Below are positions 1-11,085 of a DNA stretch of 64,000 nucleotides, piece by piece (within the stretch, counting starts at the first letter, position 1; every line of letters begins with the position of its first letter). The stretch is from assembly GCF_001447785.1 (NCBI RefSeq), contig NW_015173153.1, positions 39,920 to 103,919 on the forward strand. Direction: 5' to 3'. The stretch comes from Gekko japonicus. Lineage: Eukaryota. The position numbers were made by a program, and so were the translations under genes. A model generated the notes under the pieces. It saw only the letters and a program-made list of their open reading frames with translations. It did no database searches and was not told where the DNA came from.

Positions 1-111
1 TCCCATCCACTTTAGTTCACTGATTACCAAGATGGCAATGTTCAGTCTTGCCATCTCATTTTTGACCACATCAAGCTTACCTTGATTCATAGATCTTACA
101 TTCCAGGTTCC
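1..111 (-). mobile_element. BovB (RTE clade LINE) fragment, 5' region; resumes briefly at 1266-1280 after a MITE insertion
   Basis: 'cttgccatctc..tttgaccac..ccttgattcat.gatctt acattccaggttcc|tatgcaa' matches my recollection of the BovB 5' region (antisense); the sequence reads through once 112-1265 is removed. Confidence 0.75.
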
Positions 112-1265
112 CAGGTCTCTTTTTGTAGAAAAATCCCAGCAGGANNNNNNNNNNNNNNNNNNNNNNNNNNNNNNNNNNNNNNNNNNAAGGAAGGAAGGAA
201 GGAAGGAAGGAAGGAAGGAAGGAAGGAAGGAAGGAAGGAAGGAAGGAAGGAAGGAAGGGCAAAGAGATAGGGGGAGGGGGGAGGTTCTCCCACCACCACC
301 ACCCCGATCAAAAAAGGTCACTGGCCAATAACACACACACACACAGGTGGTCGTCTATTTCTCCAAGGAAGGAAGGAAGGAAGGAAGGAAGGAAGGAAGG
401 AAGGAAGGAAGGAAGGGCAAAGAGATAGGGGGAGGGGGGAGGTTCTCCCACCACCACCACCCCGATCAAAAAAGGTCACTGGCCAATAACACACACACAC
501 ACAGGTGGTCGTCTATTTCTCCCAAACATGGGAGGCAAAACAACAACCCACCAATCTGTCCAATAATTCCACTCACTGCCAGCACAACTCTTCATCTCCC
601 TCTCTACAGCCTGTGTCACAACAATACAGTGACAGGCACAAACCCCCTCCCCTGGATCCTATTCAGGTGTCGCATCTCACGTGCAACAATGCTAGATGCA
701 GCCAAGAGACAAACTGTCAATGCCACCATCTCCACCGTTCTCCCCCTATCCCATTCCCTATTATTATTATTTTGGCTGCTCCCACCAGAGAACACTGACC
801 AGAGACAAAAGCGGGGGGGATGAGAAGAGAAACTCGTAACTCAACCGAGGCATCCTCGCTCTCTCTTTGGCCTCGTTGGGTGCCAGGGCTCTGCAGCAAC
901 CACCAGCAGCAGTGAGAGCCTGGAGGAGCGGCAGCAGAGAGAGAAGACCCCCACCCCACACACCCGAGGAAGGCGATTGCAGAAGGGGGGGAGTAACCAA
1001 GATAAAAGGTGGCATTTGGCAGGTCTGATTTCTTTTACAATCTCACATTCAGTACCTATTACCCTGATAAAGGACTGGAAGATATCTTGATTTATTAATG
1101 TTAAGCAATACTAGGAACAAACCCACTCATAGCAGTTAAGCAATCCCTGACTTGCTTTTCCTAAGGTCTTTTGCAAAGTTTTCCGGGGGGGAGGGGAGAG
1201 GTGGGGTGGGCTCGGAAGCCAGCCAGAACACCATTCTGGTGCATTCCCGCCCAAAAATAGCCCTG
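112..1265. mobile_element. Non-autonomous hAT element (CAGGGCT...-type TIR) with internal (GGAA)n arrays and a captured-looking segment
   Basis: Ends caggtctctttttg / caaaaatagccctg; perfect 8-bp TSD caggttcc at 104-111 and 1266-1273; same ends as the element at 36770-37164; contains an N-gap at 145-186. Confidence 0.85.
187..520 (+). repeat. Two tandem copies of (GGAA)n plus a ~105-bp unit
   Basis: 'gggcaaagagatag...ggtggtcgtctatttctcc' occurs twice, each after a GGAA tract; next to an N-gap, so possibly an assembly artefact. Confidence 0.8.
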
Positions 1266-1335
1266 CAGGTTCCTATGCAAAATTTTCCGGAGGGGAGGGG
1301 TGGGCTCGGAAGCCAGCCGGAACACCAAAACCCAC

Positions 1336-3990
1336 CATCAGCCAAAGATGATAAAAGGCTGACCTGGCAGTGGCCGCCACCCTGGGCCTCCATTGTTAAG
1401 GAGGAATCCAGAAGCACTCCCAGACTTCTAACCTCCAGTGTTGGCACCAATGGTGCGCCAACAAAGGTTGGGAGTCGGGTCCCTCCTCCCAGTCTGCTCC
1501 GACTCACGTACAGGACCTCCATCTTCATCGGGTTCAGCTTCAGCCGGCTCAGCCTAAGCCACCCAGCCACGGCCTGTAAAGCTCGGTGTCCAGATCTTCT
1601 GGACTGGAGTCGAACCGGCCCCCCAACATCAGATAGAGCTTGGTGTAATCAGCGTACTGATGGCATCCCAGCCGATGCCTCCGGGCAATCTGGGCAAGGG
1701 GGCGCATGTAGATGTTGAACAGCATCAGGAACAACACAGCCCCTTAAAGCACTCCGCACTCCAGCAGGTGCCTCATGGACTGCTGTTCACCTAGTGCCAC
1801 CCTTGTCCCCGACCTTGGAGAAAGGAAGCAAACCATTGCTGGGCAAGCCACTGAATTCCCATGTCAGTGAGGCGGTGAAGCAGTAGCTGATGGTCAACCA
1901 TGTCGCGCTGTGGCGATCCAGATGCCTCTGGAGGTCGTCAGTAAGAGCGACCAGTACTGTCTCCGTCCCATGTCCCGGGCGGAAACTGGACTGGAAGGGG
2001 ACTAACGTGGAAGCGTCATCCATGAAGCCCTGTAACTAACACCACCGCCCTCTCAATTAACTTGCCCAAATAGGGCAAGTTGGAAACTGGCCGGTAGTTC
2101 ACCAATTCGGCCGGGTCCAAAGATGGGTTTTTTAGGAGAGGGCAGACCATCGCTTCCTTGAGCACCCCCAGGAACAGCCCCTCCGAGAGGGACTTGTTGA
2201 TAATACCCCTTAGGCACCTTGAAACCCCTCATGGCCAGCTTTAATAAGCCAGGAAGGGCACGGATCCAGGCTGCAAGTGGTTGGGCATATAATCAAGAGC
2301 AATCTGTCAACTTCCTCCAGGCTGAGCAGGTCGAAGTGATCCAAAACCAACGGGGAGGTGGCAGCAGAGCAACAAGACTTTATCTGCGAAATAGCTCGTA
2401 AATGCCTCACAGCCAATATCCAATTCCCTAGCATTTGGCCTGCCCTATGGCAGGGTTGTTATAGACCAAATCATTCTTAAGAATTGGGCTGGGCGTGAGC
2501 TAACAGCTCCAATCGCAGCTGCAAAGTACTCTCTCTTTGCGGCTTTAACTGCCGTCTCATAGGATCTCATAAACATCCTATAGGATGCTCTTGTAGCTTC
2601 GTCACGAGCGCGGTGCCACCGTCTCTCTAGTAGTCGTAGCTCTTGCTTCATAAGCCGCAACTCCTGGGTGAACCAGGGGGCAAACCTAAAGCGGGAGCGC
2701 AGAGGGTGCCAGGGGACGATCTCATCAATGGCTGCGGGGAGTCGGCTATGCCAGTCCTCCACAAGCTCATCCAATGAGCCGCCAGGGGGCATCAGATCCT
2801 GTATTGCCATCTGAAGCCACATTGGGTCCATCTGGCTTCGTGGGCAAGCTAAAATGCACCCGCCAGCTAAACAGGGTCGGGCGGCACATTCAGATGGGCC
2901 CCCAGGACATGGTGGTCTGACCATGGCACTGCCAAAGCAGTAACCCGGTCCACTGTTACCTCTGCCACGAATATCAAATTGAGTGTGTGCCCGGCTCGGT
3001 GAGTGGGGGTCATTACATATTGGGAGAGTCCCAGTGCCACCATGGACAACACCAGGTCCATTGCCTAAGTGGAGGTTGCGTCATTGGCATGGGCATTGAA
3101 ATCACCCAGGACTATCAGTCTAGGGTGTGCCAGTGCCCAGCCTGATATGGTCTCCATCAGAGATGGCAGGCTATCAGCTGGAGCGCTAGGCAGTCGGTAC
3201 ACCAGCCAAATCGCCAAACTCTCCCCGGCCAGCACATTCCCACGCCAGGCCAGCACATTCAATGCCTGTGATCTTTGGTGGTGGGAGCACACTGAAGGAG
3301 TAAACCTCTTACATGAACAGAGCCACTCCTCCCCCCTACCCCTTAGTCCGCAAATGGTGAAGGACCAAGAACCCGGGAGGAGTCAACTGGGAGAGAGCCA
3401 CTTTCTCCCCATCTCGCACCCAGGTCTCAGTCACACACGCCAGGTCCATATCCTGCTCAAGCAGGAAGTCATGAAGGACCATGGTCTTGTTATTTATGGA
3501 CCTGGCATTACACAACACTGATTACAGAGAGGGGTTGTTAATCCGAGCCCCACTGCCAACTACCTTTGGGATGGGATGTAGGCTGGAAGGGGGCCGTGCC
3601 TTTCTGTATCTCAGTCCCCTTCCCTTGTATTTATGCCTAGTCCCACCACTATACTTTCCCCTCCCCAGGAGCACTGGTATCCCTTGGTCAGCCATCGCCG
3701 CTAATGGTCTTCGCTAAGACACAGACCACTAGTAAACTATTTGGTAGGTGGAAATGTAGGGATACAATAGCAGTTCTCTCTGCCTCAGTGGTCATCCTAG
3801 ATAAACTCAAACAAAGCTAAATTATCCTAACATAAATTAATTCCAATGGTCCAACAATTTGGTGCAAAAATCGCTCTCATACACTGGTCAGTAAAAATAT
3901 AAAGGCCAGTGATAACATCCCACTTTGCCCTATGGCTCTAACTAAACACTTCAACCCCCAGTTTGTTAGATATCAATTACTTACCCTCTG
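1336..3990 (-). mobile_element. L2-clade LINE, 5'-nearly complete, 3' end deleted, ORF disrupted (APE endonuclease + RT)
   Basis: Frame-shifted motifs LCNARSINNK, IVLGDFN, PTHRAGHTL, PWSDH (endonuclease) and FQSSFRPGHGTET, HQYADYTKLYL, LGVLLDSSL (RT); ATG at ~3695; colinear with the copy at 13778-15812; 5' boundary approximate. Confidence 0.9.
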
Positions 3991-4255
3991 TTCTTCCCCA
4001 GTAGCATATTGGACACCCTCTGACTGGAGGGGCTCACCTTCCAGCGTCATATCTTTTAGCCTTTTGTTACTGTCCATGGGGTTTTCTTGGCAAAGATACT
4101 GGAGTGGGTTGCCATTTCCTTCTCCAATGGATCACATTTTGTCTGAGTTCTCTGCTGTGGCCTGTCCGTCCTGGGTGGCCCTCCACGGCATAGCCCACAG
4201 CCTTATCGAACCATGCAAGCCCCCTCGCCACGTCAAGGCAGTGATCCATGAGGGA
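3991..4255 (-). mobile_element. BovB (RTE) 5' end remnant
   Basis: 'ccagtagcatattgg...catggggttttcttggcaaagatactggagtgggttgccatttccttctcca..ggatcacattttgtc' is characteristic of BovB/Bov-A; same orientation as 1-111. Confidence 0.85.
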
Positions 4256-7200
4256 GTGTGGAATCATGCCACTTCTTTTTTAAAAAGTCCAGGGGAGATT
4301 GGTTTGAGCAAGACCGGGGGGAAACCTGAAGAAAAAGCAGGACAGCATGGGATTGTTAACAGAGCTGTGTAGAAATCAGGGGGGGGAAACCATGGTAATA
4401 TAGGGAAATGAAAATGCAACACTGAGGAAGTCTCGAAGACCCCCCTGTGGCCACTACAGTAGCCACATCAGACCTTTCCCAATGCTGGATAATACAGCTG
4501 GGATGTTGGTAAAGATCCAGTCTGCTCTGTGAAAGCAACAGCAAATGCAGTAGGCCACACAGTATGACCTGGTGCAACACATCATGACAGAGCCCACCTA
4601 GATCAATTTCCCAGCCCCTCCCCACCACCATCACACCTCAGATTCCAGGTTCCATCTGGCCAAACTTCAAATCTACCACAAATCCCAAGAGTTTTGAAAA
4701 TCTGGCCAAATGGCTCCCCCAGTTCAGGGTAACAGCACAGGGAAAAGGCTGAAACCCCTACTGCACACACAACATGGTCCTGATACAGAGCAGGAACAGC
4801 ACACATGGAAACAGATAAGAATACATAAATCAGGTGTGAACTTCTTGCAAAATTCCCCAATGAGAAAATGAGTATAGCAACTGCCTGGACAAGTTTGTCC
4901 ATTACTACTGACCTTCCTCTGTAATGTGCAACTGAAAGAGAGTTTGGGGTGTGTTATAGGGCATGTGGGATTGCACAAAGGGCCAGGAGGACTGGTCAAC
5001 CCCTCCTGTGAGCTGGGCATTGATTGTTATGAACCCCTTTGAGCACACAGCAATGCTATGTCACAAGATTAGAGAAACTTCAGCAGACAAGCTGATGTAG
5101 AAAGTGTTTTCTGGAGAAAGAAAGCTTGGATATTGTTGCCTAAGCAGAGAAAAAGTGCAGAAAGCAGGATCCAAGAGAAAAGACACTGCATCCTTTTCCA
5201 ATATGCACCGAACTAACAATGCTGCACTTCTATGCTATTCCCCAGTATAGCCTGAAAATCACTGACGTTTAGGGAGTACTGTGAATGGTTTGTGGGGACC
5301 AGCTGCTTTGAATCAAAGAGCTAGAACCCCACCCCTCACCACCCAAAAATCCATGTGGGCATGCTCATAGTTTCTGCTGATCCAATCTTCTAAGGCTTAT
5401 TGGCTTTTCCCCCCATTTTCATTGTTTCCTTGTCATAGCTGTAATGAGTGAAACTTTTCTCTGACAATGACTGCATCTTCCTAAAAGCTTCTAGATTTCC
5501 TTTTTTCTTTTGGAAGCTGGATCCATCTTCATAATTTTCTCCTGTAATTACCTCAGACCAATTTCTTCTAAAAGAATTAAAAATGTAAATCTAATCTCAT
5601 AATTGTGTAATATGATCAGCTTGACAGCTCAATCAATACTCTATCCCACTGTCAATAATAAGGCTATGATGCATGTTTGTCAGAATTGACCAATCTCGCT
5701 TTATCACTGGCACTGTGGTCCTTTCCCATCAATAAGATATGACATTTTATTAGTAGCCTCCTATCAATCAACTGTAATTTGGGGATCATGAGGATTCATG
5801 TTGTCGTCTTGAAGCCTGGCGGTATTGGAGCCAGGCGTCAGAACTTTGCAGCCGTAGCTTTCTCAAAGATTCCTCAGCCACAACCTAGCTGGGTATTGGG
5901 TCTGACAATAGCACACTTGGGTGTCTTCATTTTCTAGCCACAAATGACTGGGGTTAGCAACAAAGGACATGGTCAGTAACCGCTGTGGAAAAGGAAATGC
6001 CTAGATCAATAGGAGAAATGCCCACCGGTACTTGTGCTGTGTTGCATATTTCTAAATGAAGATTAATATGGCATCACTTTATCCCCCATGCTCATCCCAC
6101 AAAAAAACATCCCAGCCAGTAGTTTATCTTACTAAATACTGTCACAACAGCTGTTGATTTAAAATAGAATCAAAACAGTTTTGCAGGCTTATTTGCATAT
6201 GAACCCACACACCATTTGATCCTTTGCAGCCACAGTGGCAGAAGGGGGAGACATATCATGAAGGAAACCAACAGAGCACTGGGTGCAGCTCAACAAATCT
6301 GAGCATGCTTTAAATCTGTTGAAATCACAGGGATTTCAGAATTTAACTATGGTTCTGTTAGATACATCTAATGTTCACTAGATTGCACTCTCTTTTTATT
6401 CTAGAATTTTAACCTTTTAGATAGGTTGCACTTAGTTTTGCTTTTTGTGACTATTACATTTACAGTAGTTTCTTGACTTCAGAGTTACTATGAAACACAC
6501 AGCAGTACTAAATATTTTCCCCTGTTGAATTATGTCTCACAAAGACTCTGTGAGAGCTCAAAAGCAGCTATAAGCCCAATAAAAAACCTTCCTTGTGGAA
6601 CTCAGGGTGCATAGTCAGTATGGATTTGGATACTCAGGCCTAATTGTTTATCATTAATTCTTGTATTTATTTAGTAAAATTTATTAACTGCCTTTCAAAC
6701 CATGGAATGCTTAAGGTGGCTCACAACAATATCCCCATCAATACACATTTATTATATTAAAAAACTACAAATCTAAAAATAAAATGTTATGTTTTCTAAA
6801 AGTTGTGAGCTGTTTAGATCACTCTGGTCAAAAAGTGTACTAGTGATCTAAATATCAAATGAAGTAAATAATTAAAATGCTAGATAAAAGTATCAGCACC
6901 GACCACACAGTCACTCTCGAATCTCGTTCAAAGATCTCTAGATGAAATGTAGAAATTCTCCTGCTCAACAATTTTATACATAACTTTTTAAACTGCTGAG
7001 GTTTCATTCATTCTCCGCTGGTATCTTTTTCTCCCACCCTTCTGCTCTGGAGGAAAGCGTTGCCAAACATGACAGCATCGATTTTCAAATATAAGACTGC
7101 TGGTGAAATATTAAGCCCTATTGATTTGAAATGCAGGATGTTAGCATGTTGGATTGTATGCATATTTTGGGGATAGACAGTTTCATTTATCAGCTCTTCT

Positions 7201-7424
7201 AACTGCAGAATAATTAGAACTCCATCATACTCCCATTTTGAGATGTTGGGCTTGTCAGATTTCTGCATCTACATTCTACAGTATAGCATATGCAATGTGT
7301 TTAGTAATTGGTCAATTTATCCTCCCAAAGAAATTCTTTCATTTAGATTTGCTTGGGGGGGGGGGGAGAGACATCCATCTTCTCCATTCTGGACATTCTT
7401 AAACCATGGAATTGCAAGTAGAAA

Positions 7425-7718
7425 GCCAAGATTAAAGTTTGTCATGGATTTTGGCCAGTTTGTGGTCTGTGAAGCGATGTCTGTGGAGGCTCTACTGTCA
7501 TGAATTTTCATGACATTTTAGCACAATTCATGGAGGTTCATGGCAGTTTGTGAATGAGACAGATTGGCACCAATTAATTAAACTGTTTACAAAACTCCAA
7601 GGCAACAGTGGGGGCAGAATTCTCCAGCCTTGGAAACACTAATAGGAGCATTCCAAGGCTTAACAAGTACTGTTGGCTGTCAATAATAGAGTTCCCATTG
7701 TGATCTGTGGGCTCAGAA
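7425..7718 (+). mobile_element. Subterminal fragment of the hAT family seen at 45400-47469
   Basis: Reverse-complement similarity to 47165-47445 (e.g. aaactgtttacaaaactccaaggcaacag, gaattctccagccttggaaacac). Confidence 0.7.
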
Positions 7719-7905
7719 AGATTTATTTATTTATTTATTTATTTGTTCGATTTATACCCCGCCCTCCCCAGCAGGCTCAGGGCACAATTCTATTTGGGCA
7801 CAATTCTATTTCTGGGGACAATTCAAAGTGCTGGTTCTTACTTTTGAGGCCCTAAGAAGCTTGGGACCAAAGTGCCTCAAGGATCATTTCCTCCCCTACT
7901 ATCCA
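7719..7905. mobile_element. L2 fragments: a minus-strand 3' tail with (TTTA)n and a plus-strand RT C-terminal piece
   Basis: tttatttattt...ccccgccctcccc..ggctcagggc tail; translation FKVLVLTFEALRSLGPKCLKDH. Confidence 0.7.
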
Positions 7906-8396
7906 NNNNNNNNNNNNNNNNNNNNNNNNNNNNNNNNNNNNNNNNNNNNNNNNNNNNNNNNNNNNNNNNNNNNNNNNNNNNNNNNNNNNNNNNNNNNNNN
8001 NNNNNNNNNNNNNNNNNNNNNNNNNNNNNNNNNNNNNNNNNNNNNNNNNNNNNNNNNNNNNNNNNNNNNNNNNNNNNNNNNNNNNNNNNNNNNNNNNNNN
8101 NNNNNNNNNNNNNNNNNNNNNNNNNNNNNNNNNNNNNNNNNNNNNNNNNNNNNNNNNNNNNNNNNNNNNNNNNNNNNNNNNNNNNNNNNNNNNNNCCGTG
8201 GGTGCCAGGGACGGGGGGCAGGGGAGAAGACTCACCTGCGGCTGCTTCCTTTTCCTCCCGTGGAGCTTTTCCTCCCCCCCCCCCACAAGTATCGCAGGTC
8301 CCCATTTTTGTACATATATATTTCCTATGCGACTGCAGTCATAACTGAACTAGGATGGGTGCTGATGGAGCAATTTATCATTCATTATGTCATTTC

Positions 8397-8557
8397 AAGG
8401 GCCGTAGCCAGGATTTTTTTTAATGCAGGAGGCCTTTAAATAAGTCAAGGGGCACCCCACACACACCTCAAGGTAGTGCCTGGGCTGGATGAGAAGTTGA
8501 GAGGCTGTGGCAGTGAGTCAGGGGGCCGGGCCCCAAGATGCCCTACTGTCATGCCTG
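8397..8557. mobile_element. Short hAT MITE
   Basis: 8-bp TSD gtcatttc at 8389-8396 and 8558-8565; ends aagggccgtagcc / catgcctg. Confidence 0.7.
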
Positions 8558-8863
8558 GTCATTTCTATGTTTAGCCCCCTAAAATATTAATGATTCCCTC
8601 TCAAACATATTTTGCTGAACGCTAACATTAATGCTGTTCCCTGGCATAAATGGAGGCAATTGGAATCAGTCAGCCCTTTGTTCAATGGAAACAAACAGTC
8701 TGTTATGTGACAAAGATAACACCTTAGTTATTATGATACACCAGATATCAAAGAATCAAGCTAATCTCTTAACCTGTCTGGGGCATATTTATGCCAATGA
8801 AATGCACAAAACCTGACAAAGAAATAAAATTTAAGATGAGAGAGGCAGTGTGGTTACAGTAGA

Positions 8864-9860
8864 CCGGGGTGGCCAAACTTGCTTAACATAAGAGCCACAT
8901 AAAATAAACATCAGACATTTGAGAGCTACAAGACATGAACAAATATTACAGACATGTTTTTATTGAAAAATATGCAAATTTGCTTTTTATTAACATTAAA
9001 TGATACTGCCAAAAATAAAAACGAAAGGGGTAAAACAGATATTGATAATGGTATTTATTGGTCCAATGATATTTATTTGTTTGCTAATGATATTTATTTG
9101 TCTAAGAGAGAGGTGGAAAGAGAGAATGAAAGAGGTGGGAATAAAGAGAGAGAGAGAGAAAACAAATAGATGGAGGGAGGGAGGAAGAGAGAGAGAGAGA
9201 AAGAAACAAAGAAAGAAAGCAAATAGATGGGGGGAGGGAGGATGGAAGAAAGAGAGAAAGATGGAAAGAATGAAAATGGAAAGAAAGGAGAGAGAGAGAA
9301 TCAGAAACAAAGAAAACAAATAAATGGGGAAGGAGGGGGAGATAGGAAAGAAGAGAAAGAGCAAATAGATGAGGGAGGGGAGGAAGGAAGGAAGAGAGAG
9401 AGAGAAAGAGAAAGGAAGGGGGAGAGAGAGAGAGAGAAAGGTGAAAAGAAAGAGGTAAAAAAAGCAAATGGATGGGGGAGGGATGGAGGAAGGGGGAAAG
9501 AAAGAAAGAGAGAGATATGTGGAAGGAAAGCAAATAAAGGGGGGAAGCTGGAAAGAAAGCAACTTTAAATGTGTTCTCCAACCCCCACCCCCGCACACAT
9601 CCCCCACGCTAGCTGACTTGGCTTGGAGAAGGGATTTAAAGAGACAAATGCTTTCTTCAAGCTGGTGAGCGGAGCCACAGGGCGGGGGCTTGGAGAATGC
9701 CTTTTAAATGTGTTCTCCAAGGCCCCCCCCCCCCATGTCCTTGCTGCCACACCAGCTTGGCTTGGAGAACGGATTTAAAGAGACAAATGCCTTCTCTAAG
9801 TAAGCCAGCCAGCTGGTGTGGCGGTGTAGTGGGGCTTGGAGAACACATTTAACTTTAGAT
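8864..9860 (+). mobile_element. Truncated Charlie-like non-autonomous hAT element with a long internal purine-rich (GA) tract and subrepeats
   Basis: Starts ggggtggccaaactt; GA-rich tract at ~9105-9560; repeated ttaaatgtgttctccaa and ttggcttggagaa..gatttaaagagacaaatg; no second TIR found. Confidence 0.65.
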
Positions 9861-10269
9861 GGGGAGGGAGGGAGGAATCTTGTTTCTCAAGATGAAGGAA
9901 TAATCCAGTTTGCTCAACGGAATAGGACCCCAATCCCCAGCAAATCCTATGGACAAATGATAAAAGGAGCTCTGAACCAGCATTCATACTCAGTGTATGC
10001 TTCAACACACTTCACAGACATTGTTCACTTCCTCGATGAATTTGAAACACAAAGCAGAAATGAAAGACCAAAAAACATGCATGAAACACACAGTGCAGCA
10101 TACAAAAAAGGGAAGAGGATATGGTAATCAGACGGGGGAAATGAAGAATAGAATACTGTTCTTGTGTAGGCTTTTCTCTTTGGAAGCTTTGGTTATGGGT
10201 CGAAGTTGTCAATTTTAATGGGGAAAAGAGTAAGCTCTATTTTGGACTTAAGTGACATAAAGAAAAACA

Positions 10270-11085
10270 ACAAAGCTTGAGTCCAATAGCACCTATATGA
10301 CCAACAATTTTTATTTAAGGTGTAAGCTTTCATGCACAAGCACACTTCCTCAGACAAATTGAAACAAAATTTCTTCAAGCCTTACATACAGGAAGATGGG
10401 GGGAGTGGAAGTGTCAGGAAGGACCAGTCAGAGTTAAGATGCATAAGCGAAGTTGAGATTGAATCAAGGTGGCATGATCAATGAATGGCAGCAAATTAGC
10501 ACACAAATGCTAACAAATAGATGTGAGAACAAAGCTTGAGTCCATCAGCACCCCCAAGACTAACCAAGCTCAGCCCTGGGTACATGTGAGAACAGAGAAA
10601 CTCTGCATGTGTAAATGCACACTTCTTCAAATATAAAGAAACAGATTTCCTCAAATATTACATACAGGAATGGGGGTTTACTTGCCAGGAGGAGCTAATT
10701 AGAGTCAAGATGCATAAGTAACAATAAACACAGAGCAATAAACACAGATAATATTGGAATAACACGTTTGGTAAGACATGCAAATAGCAGCACATTGGCA
10801 TACAGATAATAAAGGAGTTAACAACAGGTGAGAAAAGTTTGAGTCCAGTGGCACCTTTAAGACCAACAAAGTTTAATTTCTGGGTATAAGTGAGAAGTGA
10901 GTGACTTAGCGTGCATAGTGAGATAAGAAGCCAATATCTCTGTTAAGCCCTGGGAGTTCCATAACTTTTCAGAATCTCCCCTTCCAGTCTGTTTCTGAAA
11001 CTGAAATGTTCTCCTACAGGGCACTCAATGGGGGACCTCAAAGTAGCTGTTTTATTGCAAAGGAATTTCAGAAACCAACAACTGA
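10270..11085 (-). mobile_element. Penelope-like element remnant: tandem pseudo-LTR units plus GIY-YIG C-terminal ORF pieces with an internal inversion
   Basis: Unit starts 'aaagcttgagtcca..agcacc..agac.aac' at ~10272, ~10531 and ~10835; minus-strand FRNRLEGE and PGLNRDIGFLSHY; plus-strand GHSMGDLKVAVLLQRNFRN from 11019. Confidence 0.8.
10321..10356 (-). ncRNA. Minimal type I hammerhead ribozyme motif (Penelope-associated)
   Basis: Minus strand reads UGU-CUGAGGA-A-GUGUGC-UU-GUGCAU-GAAA-GC-UU-ACA: CUGANGA and GAAA cores, stem II with wobble pairs, palindromic AGCU stem III, 3-bp stem I. Confidence 0.6.

Noticed and set aside
77-823. ORFs with PSFL/KEGR repeats
   Set aside because: Translations of the (GGAA)n microsatellite and N-gap inside a MITE
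4380-5030. Possible decayed coding element
   Set aside because: No motif I could assign in any frame
7828-8439. Long ORFs of 140-200 aa
   Set aside because: Mostly X residues from the N-gap at 7906-8195
8996-9607. 203-aa hydrophobic and charged ORFs
   Set aside because: Low-complexity GA tract within a hAT element
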